Positions 27,273 to 36,242 are shown, counted from the stretch's first letter. The stretch: 64,000 bases of DNA from Candidatus Parcubacteria bacterium (GCA_002869165.1 PKTK01000003.1:84195-148194); one strand, 5' to 3'. Notes: a model not told the origin generated them from the letters alone. Numbers and translations: made by a program.

Positions 27273-28511
27273 ATGTTAAAAGTTTCGTATGTACTAGGAA
27301 AATTTCCGGTAACCTCTGAAAGCTGGTTGCAAGAAAAACTGTCCTGGATAATTAAAGAATCTAAGGGGGACATAAAATATAGTTTTTTTTCATTTGGCAC
27401 TGGCAATGAGAAAATAGATGAACAAGTAAAAGATTTGAGATTTTTGAGTGTCCCCAAGAGCGTTACGATTAGATATTTTTTATCAATTTTTTTGTTTGTA
27501 AAGTATTTTTTTATTGACAGGATGGCGTTGCTTAGATTTGTTAGAGATAAGAATTTAAATATTAAGGAAAAGATAGTTACTCAAATTTTTTATTTTGATT
27601 TTTTCTATGACTGTCTCCGAAGTTCAGATATTGTGCATTGTCATTTTGGTATGATAGCCAACAAGATATTAACTGTAGAGAGGTCTATAAAATCTAGTGC
27701 GAAGATAGTGGTTTCGTTTTATGGACAAGACGTAGAAAGATACCCATTGTTAAAAGGAAGGGATTATTATAAATACATGATAGAAAGATCTGACTATATT
27801 TTGGCTATGACAAATTTTATGAAAAAGCGTTTAGTGACATTGGGATTTGATAGTGGGCGAGTGAGGTTGATGAGGTCAGGGGTAGATCTAGGAAAATATA
27901 AATTTAAAAATAGATACTTTTATTCTGGCAGCATATTTAGAATGGTTAGCATGGGCAGGATTGTTGAAAAAAAAGGATTTGATGATTTATTAAAAGCAAT
28001 AGCGCTTGTTAAAAAAATGCATCCCAATATTCATCTTAGAATTATTGGAGGAGCCCATGAAAGTTGGAGAAAATACGAGAAGGAATTGTTTGAGTTGAAA
28101 AAAACTTTGGGACTGGATAATGAAGTTAAATTTACAGGGATGGTGCCACATGATAAAATTGGTGAATATATGGACGATGCTCATTTGATGGTGCAATTAA
28201 GTAAAACCGGAAAAGATAAAGACACGGAGGGGTTACCTTTTGTAATTTTAGAGGGTCAGTCAATGGGGTTGCCAGTAGTTGCAACTAAACATGCAGGAAT
28301 CCCAGAGGGTGTTTTAGACGGGGAGACAGGATTTTTAGTAGAAGAAGGAGATTATAAACAAGCCGCAGAAAAGATAAAATATTTTATTAATAATTCTAAT
28401 GAAGTTGATGTTTTTTCTAAAAATGCACGACTTTTTATGGAAGCTGAATTTGATATATCAAAACGAGGTTTTGAAATGAGTCATTTTTATAAAGAATTAA
28501 TATTAAAATAA
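27273..28511 (+). CDS. glycosyltransferase family 4
   Basis: It has KGFDDLLKA, HLRIIGG and TEGLPFVILEGQSMGLPVVATKHAGIPEGV. Confidence 0.85.
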   Translation: MLKVSYVLGKFPVTSESWLQEKLSWIIKESKGDIKYSFFSFGTGNEKIDEQVKDLRFLSVPKSVTIRYFLSIFLFVKYFFIDRMALLRFVRDKNLNIKEKIVTQIFYFDFFYDCLRSSDIVHCHFGMIANKILTVERSIKSSAKIVVSFYGQDVERYPLLKGRDYYKYMIERSDYILAMTNFMKKRLVTLGFDSGRVRLMRSGVDLGKYKFKNRYFYSGSIFRMVSMGRIVEKKGFDDLLKAIALVKKMHPNIHLRIIGGAHESWRKYEKELFELKKTLGLDNEVKFTGMVPHDKIGEYMDDAHLMVQLSKTGKDKDTEGLPFVILEGQSMGLPVVATKHAGIPEGVLDGETGFLVEEGDYKQAAEKIKYFINNSNEVDVFSKNARLFMEAEFDISKRGFEMSHFYKELILK

Positions 28512-28521
28512 GAGTTTTTTT

Positions 28522-28549
28522 AAAAGACAGTATTTAGATACTGTCTTTT
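28522..28549. terminator. intrinsic terminator hairpin at the convergent gene junction
   Basis: AAAAGACAGTAT-TTAG-ATACTGTCTTTT is followed by a T-run (28551-28558) on the + strand. The stop and last codons of the minus-strand gene 28534-29649 lie inside the hairpin. Confidence 0.7.
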
Positions 28550-29649
28550 ATTTTTTTTAAGAAATAGTTTCCTATAGGTTTTGGAGTGAAATATTTATGA
28601 GCATCTTCTGTTGCTTGCAGTCTATATTTGTCTAGAGTTTCTTTGTTTTTATATAAAAATCTTGCCTTACTTGTTAATTCATAGTATGAATTATAAACAG
28701 CAAAAGAACACAACTCTGTAATTGGATAATCACTGCAGTTTATATTTGGTTTAGACATTAATACTAAACATCCATTAGCATAAGATTCCCAGGGTCTTTT
28801 TGATTCCCAAATTCCACCATCAACAATTCCTGGGTATATTAAAATCTTAGCATTATTTAACATTTGGAAATAATTTTTTGAGATACCCCATCTATTGTAT
28901 CCATGAATGTTTTTGTCTTTTTTTGCTATTTCTTTTATTTTCTCTGGGTATTCTATTTCTCCTTTTACGTATCCGTTAAATATTTTTCCAGGGATAAGAT
29001 GAAGAAGAGAATTGAAATTAAGAAATTTTTTCATCCTTTTTCTTTTTTCCCCCGGGCCATCTATGTTTACAAAATCGTATGGTCTTTTTTCTAAAGAATT
29101 AATCTTTGTATTTATATACTCTTTTGCAATTCCGAAAGGTAGGTAATATCCCTGTTCCTTAATATTTGTCCTTTGTGTTGTAAATAAAATGTCTGGTTTG
29201 TATTTATTTAAATCTTCAATCCATCTACAATCTGATAACTTTTTCATTTTTATATTTTCATCGGGGTTATTTACGTATCTGTTTTTGTATCTACAATATT
29301 TGTATTTCCAATTAGGGAAATTTTTGGTGTTATCATCTCCATCAATCAAAATTTTTAAGTAGTTATTTAGTTTATATTTTTCAAAATAACTCCACCTTGT
29401 GCCCCAGTGAAGATTGCTGAGAATGAAATCAAATTTATATTTGTTGGGATCATTAATTACAATATTACAAAACCATGAATTTATATTAGTTTTGTTGATT
29501 GTATAAATTTTAAATCCCAATTCATCAAGTCCTTGGATTGTTGTAACTGTTGCAGCATCATAGCCCTCAGAACCGATGAATAGAATTTTTTTATTAGCAA
29601 AGTGTTTTTCACTATTTTTGCTTTCTAAATATGCGTTTTTTAAGTTCAT
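28534..29649 (-). CDS. hypothetical protein, possible CgeB/Glyco_trans_1_2-like glycosyltransferase
   Basis: The 371-aa protein has a C-terminal segment (..NAKILIYPGIVDGGIWESKRPWESYANGCLVLMSKP..) that resembles CgeB-type GT-B domains. It is the last gene of the minus-strand glycan operon. The call is tentative. Confidence 0.45.
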   Translation of the reverse strand: MNLKNAYLESKNSEKHFANKKILFIGSEGYDAATVTTIQGLDELGFKIYTINKTNINSWFCNIVINDPNKYKFDFILSNLHWGTRWSYFEKYKLNNYLKILIDGDDNTKNFPNWKYKYCRYKNRYVNNPDENIKMKKLSDCRWIEDLNKYKPDILFTTQRTNIKEQGYYLPFGIAKEYINTKINSLEKRPYDFVNIDGPGEKRKRMKKFLNFNSLLHLIPGKIFNGYVKGEIEYPEKIKEIAKKDKNIHGYNRWGISKNYFQMLNNAKILIYPGIVDGGIWESKRPWESYANGCLVLMSKPNINCSDYPITELCSFAVYNSYYELTSKARFLYKNKETLDKYRLQATEDAHKYFTPKPIGNYFLKKIKDSI

Positions 29650-29655
29650 GCGTGA

Positions 29656-30660
29656 TCAGAAGAAATTTGGGTGAATATCTTTTTTTGGATTATTTAGGTA
29701 GTACAATGTTTTGTTTATTTCATGATTTTTGCAACATGTTTGACAACAATCACATACAAAATCATTATTTTTAATCCGACCTCTTTGTTCTGATTGCCAG
29801 ATATCAGAAAATAAATTTTCATTAATATTTCCGAATGTATAATCCGGGTTGTGTAGCCAATACATACAAGTCATTACATCTCCATTGTAATTAATTGCTG
29901 GTGAGAAAAAGTGACCAAGACATTTTTTGTATTCGATGGGCTTTACGCTTTCTTCAAATTTGTATTCCGAAAGGAATATATTAAAATCATCTGTTTCGTA
30001 TTTCTTGAGGTGTGTTGGAATTTCAAGTTTTTCTTGATCTTTGTAGGATCTTTGTAGAGCGGGCCTTATTTGAAAGTAATCAAAGCCTAAGCTTTTTACT
30101 TCTTCTGCCATTCTTTCCAGGTCATCATACATGTTTTTTGTTATACTTAAACAGGCACCTATTGTGGTTTTTGGCGCTTTGCTTTTGTAGAAGTCTATTA
30201 ATTTTTTACTTATTCCTTCAACTCCTTTGTTTGTAATTGATACTCTAATCCAATCAAGTAGTTCCGGATTTTCGATTTTATTTAATTCATAATCTAACGC
30301 ATTAGTGAAAACTCCTTGTGATAAGCCACTTTCATGAGCAAGTTTTACAAATTCATTGAAGTTTGGATGTAATGTAGGTTCTCCTCCTCCGGTCCATGAA
30401 ATTGCTTTTGTTCCTATTTTAGCGATATCGGCAAGATTCTTTTTCATTACAATATTTTCTATGTGAACTTTTTTTGAATTATTTTTGTGGTCACAATGTT
30501 CATATATGTAAAAACACCATGGGCATGATGCATTACAGTAATTTGTTGGACTTATTTCTATTAGAACAGGATTTGTATCTCCACTGTTTAGCCAGTCATT
30601 TATTTTTGGCCAATGGTTTCTTAAAAATTTTAATTGCGGATTAAAAATTACATTTTTCAT
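29656..30660 (-). CDS. radical SAM enzyme
   Basis: It has a canonical CNASCPWC (CX3CX2C) cluster, WTGGGEPTL, and a C-terminal Cys cluster (CDCCQTCC). Confidence 0.8.
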   Translation of the reverse strand: MKNVIFNPQLKFLRNHWPKINDWLNSGDTNPVLIEISPTNYCNASCPWCFYIYEHCDHKNNSKKVHIENIVMKKNLADIAKIGTKAISWTGGGEPTLHPNFNEFVKLAHESGLSQGVFTNALDYELNKIENPELLDWIRVSITNKGVEGISKKLIDFYKSKAPKTTIGACLSITKNMYDDLERMAEEVKSLGFDYFQIRPALQRSYKDQEKLEIPTHLKKYETDDFNIFLSEYKFEESVKPIEYKKCLGHFFSPAINYNGDVMTCMYWLHNPDYTFGNINENLFSDIWQSEQRGRIKNNDFVCDCCQTCCKNHEINKTLYYLNNPKKDIHPNFF

Positions 30661-31429
30661 ATAAATATTCTTTTAGGGCTTTTTCATAGGGGCGTAAACC
30701 TCCTTTAACTGAAGAGTCTTTGCACCGTTTTGCCACTTCTTTAAAATTATTATTAATATAGAATTTATCTTTTATGTTAAGTATTTTAGCGATTTTTTTA
30801 GCAAGAGTATATTTGGATACGGTTCCCTTGTTGGCTAGATCTTTTGTTTCATAGTTTTCCTTTTCAAAATTATCAATACAATATTTTGCAACATCTTTGA
30901 CATACGCAGGGGAGCCTAAGTAATTATCTGTTAAACCTAGTTTGTTGTTTTCTTTTAGGTTGTTTATTACAAATTCAACAAAATTATTTTTTTTGTCGGG
31001 ATTGCCAAAAAGCCACCCTAATCTGTATCTATAAGTCTTTTTGTGTTCAACAAGATCAGGTATTTGAAGAGATATTTTTTTTGTTAAAGCATAAACATTT
31101 GTTATTTCATTATCAACTGTGCTGCCAAAAAGCATTAAATCGATGTTTTTTTCTTTGCATATCTTATTTAAATAGTATACACCAAGTATATGTACATGCA
31201 AAGCTTCATTAGGGTCTCTTTCTACCTCATCAACGTTTATAAGACCGGCACAGTTTATTACTAAATTAATATCATTATTTATGTGTTTTTTTAAATCGTT
31301 TATTTTTGATATATTACATTCTTTTCTTGAGGGAGAGATAATATTATATTTTTTTCTTTTTTTGAGCTCTTCGGCGAAAGCGGTGCCAAGAATTCCTCCA
31401 CCACCAATTATTAAAATATTTTTTGTCAT
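30641..31429 (-). CDS. NAD(P)-dependent sugar-nucleotide reductase/epimerase, RmlD-like short SDR
   Basis: It has an N-terminal ILIIGGGGILG Rossmann motif, is 262 aa long, and overlaps both neighbouring genes. Confidence 0.65.
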   Translation of the reverse strand: MTKNILIIGGGGILGTAFAEELKKRKKYNIISPSRKECNISKINDLKKHINNDINLVINCAGLINVDEVERDPNEALHVHILGVYYLNKICKEKNIDLMLFGSTVDNEITNVYALTKKISLQIPDLVEHKKTYRYRLGWLFGNPDKKNNFVEFVINNLKENNKLGLTDNYLGSPAYVKDVAKYCIDNFEKENYETKDLANKGTVSKYTLAKKIAKILNIKDKFYINNNFKEVAKRCKDSSVKGGLRPYEKALKEYLYEKCNF

Positions 31430-32676
31430 TTTTTTATTATTGAAAAATAATACTCTATTATTATTGCGATAATATTAGAAATAATTATAGCATACAATAA
31501 TCCGTATATCCCGTAAAAATATATAAGTATTGTAAATAGAATTATTTTTATACTTGGGTTAAATATTCTTAAGAAATATAAAGTTTTAGTGTCTGCTTTA
31601 ACAATGATTATTTGAGATATGAGTCTCATTGGAAAGAATAGTAGAGTTACTGAAAATAATTGAGATAAAAGTATAGAATCTTGGTACTGAGGAAAAAATA
31701 TTTTATAAACAAAAGGCGCTACCATAATATAAAGTATCACCATAGGAATTAATAATATGGTAAATTTTAGTATTTTTAATGGAAAGGTTTTCTTTAACAA
31801 GGTTATATCTGTGTTTGACATTTTCGGAAGAGCTAGCGTTGTGACTGACTTTAAGAAAGATTGAGCTTGACTAACAGGAAGTGTTGCAAAAGAGTATATA
31901 GCTAGTTGAAGTGGGCCCAGAAAGTGCCAAAGCAATATTTTGTCAATTTGTTCCGCAACCACTGATACAATGTTCATGAGACTTAGGTGTTTGCCATAAG
32001 AGATAGTTCCTTCGTCTTTTTTGTTGTTGGGTGTGTATTTCCAAAAGGTGTATTTGTAAAATGAAAATTGTAGAATCATGTTAATTGCATAGAAACCCAC
32101 AACAATTGTGATTAATTTTGGGAAGGATAAAACTATTGTTGCGATAACGATTGATGAAATTATGTTTTTAAGGGAGTTGTATATTGAAGTAACTTTAAAT
32201 AGTTTTTTTCCTCGTAAGTATGACCCATAAACAAGACTGTTTATAAAAGGTGTTGTGACAGCCGCGATTAAAAAACAATATCCTAATTCAATATTTTTGT
32301 TGAAAAAGTAATAAAAAGAGATGAATATTCCTACAAGAGATCCTATAAGTGACCATTTTAGTTTTAATTTTATTGCCTCAGAAAATGACCCTTCATATCC
32401 GCGCGCGACTGACCTGGTTAATGAGATGTCAATCCCAGTAAGTGAAAACAAAATTAACATTGAAGAAACAGATAGTACATATTTGTAGGTTGCATAGGTT
32501 TCTTTTGGTAGAAAATTAGCATATATTACGGCTAACAAGAATGCGGTTATCGTTCCAACTAATTTATTTGAAGTTAACCAAAAACTACCCTTTGCAAGGT
32601 ATATCATATCTGTTTTTGTCCATTTTTCAGATTTTTTTAGAAGTTTGTATGTCTTGTTTTTTATATATTTGAACAT
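31426..32676 (-). CDS. polysaccharide flippase (Wzx / MOP superfamily)
   Basis: The 416-aa protein has about 12 TM helices and an N-terminus typical of polysaccharide-biosynthesis (PST) family proteins. It is the first gene of the minus-strand operon. Confidence 0.7.
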   Translation of the reverse strand: MFKYIKNKTYKLLKKSEKWTKTDMIYLAKGSFWLTSNKLVGTITAFLLAVIYANFLPKETYATYKYVLSVSSMLILFSLTGIDISLTRSVARGYEGSFSEAIKLKLKWSLIGSLVGIFISFYYFFNKNIELGYCFLIAAVTTPFINSLVYGSYLRGKKLFKVTSIYNSLKNIISSIVIATIVLSFPKLITIVVGFYAINMILQFSFYKYTFWKYTPNNKKDEGTISYGKHLSLMNIVSVVAEQIDKILLWHFLGPLQLAIYSFATLPVSQAQSFLKSVTTLALPKMSNTDITLLKKTFPLKILKFTILLIPMVILYIMVAPFVYKIFFPQYQDSILLSQLFSVTLLFFPMRLISQIIIVKADTKTLYFLRIFNPSIKIILFTILIYFYGIYGLLYAIIISNIIAIIIEYYFSIIKK

Positions 32677-32829
32677 ATATTTATTATATATTACTATTCA
32701 TCTTGCGTCTAGGAATAGGAAAATTTAATAAAAGATTGTAATTAGATAATAAAAATGTTAAAATTGTATTATAATTATTTAAACAAGAAAGTAGGATTTC
32801 CATAAAATTTTTCTTTTTTGCAATTTTTT

Positions 32830-35205
32830 ATGATTAAAAATTTTTTTATTATTAGAAAATATCGAAAGATATTTTTTTTGTTGGCTGTTTTCCTGTTTTT
32901 TGGCGTGCAACAGGTAAATGCAAAAACAGCAACCTCTACAATTAAAATTTATACTGATGAAACAGACGGTTATGTTACTAATTGGATACCTGATCATGGC
33001 ACATCTCAGGCTCTTTGGAATTTAACACATGATGCACCCGAGTCTAATATTAAAAATGAAAATAGAGATTTTATAGAAGTTGCCTCAGGATGGTGTGATG
33101 ATAGAAGGTTGTATATCCATAGAGCAAGGTTAATATTTGATTTATCTCAGGTGCCAGACACTTCTAATATTAAAAAAATAGAATTATTTGTAAATGGACG
33201 GAAAAAAAGGAATTCGTTAGATGATTATTATAGTTATGTTTCGGTTGTTGGTGCGAATTCATTTGAAAATTTAATTGAACAAGATTATTCAAGTATAGGG
33301 GAAAGTAATTTGATGGGTTGGGGCTATTCTTATTTAAATGATATTGTTGAAATTTCTGATAAAAAAAATATATCAGATTTTAAAGTTGGTGAGTATAATA
33401 GTTTTCTAATAAGTGATGAATTTGATAAATATGCAATAAACAAAAAATTATCACTTGGATTAAGAGAGGGGCACGATATTCATGATATTTATCCTAGTGA
33501 TTTTCCTGTTGATGGGGCAGAAAGAATCCATTTTTATTCCACAGAGCATGGTACAACGACTGCACCTTATTTAGAGATTACATATACTTATGATGATGGA
33601 GAACCTGAAAATGATACAAGCCCCCTCCTCATAATCCCCGGCATTATGGGTTCTTGGCGGGAAGGTGGTGAATTGGTTTTGGATCCGATACTTGGGACTT
33701 ATGATGAATTAGTTGAGACTTTTGATAGTACTGAGGAGTATGAGAAAGGGGTTAACTTTTTTTCATTTACTTATGAATGGAGGAATTCTAATGTGTTAAC
33801 AGCTAGCTATTTGGAAAGTAAGATAACTGGCATCAAAGAAAGTACGGGAGCAGACAAGGTGGATGTGATAGCTCATAGTATGGGTGGACTGGTTATGCGA
33901 GAATATCTGAGTGCTCCTGGTAATGAAGTTAATATAGGTAAATTAGTATTTTTGGCAACTCCTCATCGGGGTGCGCCTGAGGCTTATTTGACTTGGGAGG
34001 GTGGAGAATTTAGTGGTGGTGTCGGTTCTTGGGCAATTAAAAAAATATTCAAACAAGAGGCTAGGGAAAATGGCTATAAGAATATTTATAATTATGTGCG
34101 TGGTAATAGTATTTATTCTATTCAGGAATTATTGCCTATTTATGATTATTTAATTTATAAAGATAATTTGAGGGCATATCCCGTGGAATATCCTAGGAAC
34201 GAATTTCTTGAAAATTTAAATCAAGAGGATGTTTTGGATTCTTTAGCTGATAGCGGAGTGACTATTAGGAATTATTTGGGATCTGGTGAAAAAATGATTG
34301 ACTATATAAATGTAAAACCAGCAAATAATAAAAAAGATGAGTGGGAGTATGGCAAACCATACAAATTTAATCCATTTATTAAGGGAGAAGGAGATGGAAC
34401 TGTACCAGAGCGAAGTAATCAGAATTTCTTAGATCTTGATGACGTGACATTCGAGTCTAGTCATCGAGGGATTGTGAGTGATTCGAGTATGGATGTTTTT
34501 CAATTTTTAACTGGAGAGACCTTGCCCGAAGAAGAGCAAATGGCAATGTATAATCCTATTGAGTCTATGGTGTTTGTAATGGTGATGTCTCCGGTTGATT
34601 TACAGGTTATTAATGAAGAGGGAGAGCTGGCGGGTAAAGACTTTGAAACCGGAGAAAGTAAAAAAGAAATTCATAGATCATTCTATACGGGAAGTGACGC
34701 GAAGTCTGAGTTTGTTAGTATTGTGAATCCTGTAGAAGGGGATTATCAAATAAACCTTGAGGGGGTTGGTAAAGGTCCATACACCGTATTGGTGAGTATG
34801 TACAGAGATGGTGAGGAATTTGAAGAGTATCACAGAGGAGCAGTAAAGGAAGGTGAAATTATTAATTTAAACTTTGATATAAATGATGAGGGTCTTAGTA
34901 AAATTAAAAAAGAAAAAGAGAGTTGTGATTTGTTTTCTGTATTAAAACAAAAAATTAATCTAGCAAAAGAAGAAGGTTTTTTCAAGCGGGAGTCATATTA
35001 TAATTTGTTAATCAATAAAGTAGCAGCGATTGAGAAAGGATATACAAGTGAAAGCCATAGCAAAACGAAAAATAGAATTGTTAAATTTCGTTTAAAGGTA
35101 TTAAAAGCGCAACTAAGTTTTTATAAAGTAGCTGAATGGTTGGATGCTGATGTAGTTGATGACATAAAATCTGAGATTGATAATATTATTAACTTAATAG
35201 ATTGA
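32830..35205 (+). CDS. secreted multidomain alpha/beta-hydrolase (LCAT/PGAP1-like lipase-esterase core)
   Basis: A signal-peptide-like N-terminus (..FFLLAVFLFFGVQQVNA) is followed by LLIIPGIMGSW. Candidate Ser-Asp-His triad elements are the nucleophile elbow AHSMGG, GDGTVPERS and SSHRGIV. Unknown domains of about 250 aa (N-terminal) and about 230 aa (C-terminal) flank the core. The ATG at 32830 is preferred over the TTG at 32818. Confidence 0.7.
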   Translation: MIKNFFIIRKYRKIFFLLAVFLFFGVQQVNAKTATSTIKIYTDETDGYVTNWIPDHGTSQALWNLTHDAPESNIKNENRDFIEVASGWCDDRRLYIHRARLIFDLSQVPDTSNIKKIELFVNGRKKRNSLDDYYSYVSVVGANSFENLIEQDYSSIGESNLMGWGYSYLNDIVEISDKKNISDFKVGEYNSFLISDEFDKYAINKKLSLGLREGHDIHDIYPSDFPVDGAERIHFYSTEHGTTTAPYLEITYTYDDGEPENDTSPLLIIPGIMGSWREGGELVLDPILGTYDELVETFDSTEEYEKGVNFFSFTYEWRNSNVLTASYLESKITGIKESTGADKVDVIAHSMGGLVMREYLSAPGNEVNIGKLVFLATPHRGAPEAYLTWEGGEFSGGVGSWAIKKIFKQEARENGYKNIYNYVRGNSIYSIQELLPIYDYLIYKDNLRAYPVEYPRNEFLENLNQEDVLDSLADSGVTIRNYLGSGEKMIDYINVKPANNKKDEWEYGKPYKFNPFIKGEGDGTVPERSNQNFLDLDDVTFESSHRGIVSDSSMDVFQFLTGETLPEEEQMAMYNPIESMVFVMVMSPVDLQVINEEGELAGKDFETGESKKEIHRSFYTGSDAKSEFVSIVNPVEGDYQINLEGVGKGPYTVLVSMYRDGEEFEEYHRGAVKEGEIINLNFDINDEGLSKIKKEKESCDLFSVLKQKINLAKEEGFFKRESYYNLLINKVAAIEKGYTSESHSKTKNRIVKFRLKVLKAQLSFYKVAEWLDADVVDDIKSEIDNIINLID

Positions 35206-35231
35206 TGGCTCTTTAGTAAAAAAGTGGAACC

Positions 35232-35399
35232 CTTTTGTCATACTGGACGCCGAAGGCGATCCGGGATCCAGGAGTGCGAGAACATAGTATTGATAATAGT
35301 CTAATGTTTATCGGGTTCCAAGTGTTTGCATGTAGTTATTATTTTTGTGGGTAAACCCTGGATCCCGGGTTCCGCTCCGCGGCCCCAGGATTACAAAAA
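35232..35399. repeat. composite inverted-repeat element built from two GC-rich family units flanking an AT-rich core (MITE-like architecture, no ORF)
   Basis: The left arm is CTTTTGTCATACTGGACGCCGAAGGCGATCCGGGATCCAGG. The reverse complement of the right arm is TTTTTGTAATCCTGGGGCCGCGGAGCGGAACCCGGGATCCAGG. The two arms include a perfect 12-bp inverted pair, CCGGGATCCAGG (35261-35272) and CCTGGATCCCGG (35357-35368). Confidence 0.6.
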
Positions 35400-35510
35400 T
35401 ATGCTTTTGTTGGGAAAATAGTTTTAAATAAAGTAAAGTCACTTATGCATAAACGTTAATATTATACAGCCAGATTGATTTGACTATTATTTGTAAAATG
35501 ATAAAATATA

Positions 35511-35548
35511 AAAGAACGGAGAGTGGCCGTTCTTTTATTTATTTTTTT
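35511..35548 (+). terminator. intrinsic terminator-like hairpin plus T-run
   Basis: AAAGAACGG-AGAGTGG-CCGTTCTTT is followed by TATTTATTTTTTT. Confidence 0.55.
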
Positions 35549-35573
35549 AACCCCTCCCTCTCGTTCCACTCGA

Positions 35574-35646
35574 GTACTCCCCTTGAGAAGGGGAGAATTA
35601 AAATGTGGACAGGGTACTCCCCTTTAAAAAAGGGAGAATTAAAAAA
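35574..35646 (+). repeat. two tandem hairpin-containing repeat units upstream of cysC
   Basis: Unit A is GTACTCCCCTTGAGAAGGGGAGAATTAAAA (35574-35603), with the stem CTCCCCTT/AAGGGGAG. Unit B is GTACTCCCCTTTAAAAAAGGGAGAATTAAAAAA (35614-35646). Confidence 0.6.
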
Positions 35647-35689
35647 GAATAGCGGGGATCTCTATTAAACAGGAAAATAATAGTAGAAT

Positions 35690-36229
35690 ATGACAAATAA
35701 CAATAAAAAAGGTTTTGTGCTTTGGTTTACGGGGTTTTCAGCAGCAGGGAAAACCACTATAGCTGATAAGGTTCATGAACTTCTTAAGCATAATGGCAAT
35801 AGACTTGAGAGATTGGATGGTGATATTGTTAGGAAAAATCTCACCCAAGATCTTGGTTTTTCCAAAGAAGATCGTGATGAAAATATTCGACGGATTGGCT
35901 TTGTGGCAAATTTATTATCAAGAAATGACATCGGTGTGATAGCTTCGTTTATCTCCCCTTATCGAGCCCAGAGAGAAATGCTTAGAGAAAATGTCACAAA
36001 CTTTATTGAGATATTTGTTGATGCGCCTATTGAGGTTTGTGAGAGCAGGGACCCAAAAGGAATGTACAAGAAAGCGAGAGCCGGGGAACTCAAAAATTTT
36101 ACTGGAGTAGATGACCCCTATGAGCCACCTGAAAATCCTGACATTCATTTACTATCCAGCGAGCATTCTCCAGATGATTTGGCTAAAGTAGTGTTAAGTT
36201 TTTTAAGGACCAATGATTATATAGATTAA
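35690..36229 (+). CDS. cysC: adenylylsulfate (APS) kinase
   Basis: It has the P-loop FTGFSAAGKTT, plus LDGDIVR, FSKEDRDENIRR and SFISPY. The length is 179 aa. Confidence 0.9.
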   Translation: MTNNNKKGFVLWFTGFSAAGKTTIADKVHELLKHNGNRLERLDGDIVRKNLTQDLGFSKEDRDENIRRIGFVANLLSRNDIGVIASFISPYRAQREMLRENVTNFIEIFVDAPIEVCESRDPKGMYKKARAGELKNFTGVDDPYEPPENPDIHLLSSEHSPDDLAKVVLSFLRTNDYID

Positions 36230-36242
36230 TTTTTTTTGAATA

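Noticed and set aside
1310-28511. Global reassignment of TAA to a sense codon as the explanation for the five in-frame TAAs.
   Set aside because: TAA is the most frequent genuine terminator here (for example 1310, 2007, 6859, 8967, 19294, 22131 and 28509), with the next gene starting a few nt later. Reading through asnB's TAA would add a long AT-rich tail. Only site-specific readthrough, pseudogenisation or error remain possible.
29647-29658. The radical-SAM gene (29656-30660) and the downstream CgeB-like gene (28534-29649) are in the same frame and separated by TGA plus two codons, which raises the possibility of another split gene.
   Set aside because: The two proteins have complete, unrelated N- and C-termini, and the downstream protein begins with a normal Met. 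Same-frame adjacency is expected by chance in one third of cases. The same reasoning applies to hrcA/grpE (55604-55612) and 2578-2586.
35574-35646. CRISPR array candidates: the hairpin repeats at 35574-35646 and the 12-bp repeats at 42086-42124 and 22132-22167.
   Set aside because: Each has only 2-3 copies, the units are too short or lack unique spacers of CRISPR size, and there are no cas genes in the window.
35480-35668. 62-aa ORF in the lipase-cysC spacer.
   Set aside because: It is a translation of a terminator hairpin and the tandem hairpin repeats (..STPLEKGRIKM..YSPLKKGELKK..). It has no start context and no coding-like composition.
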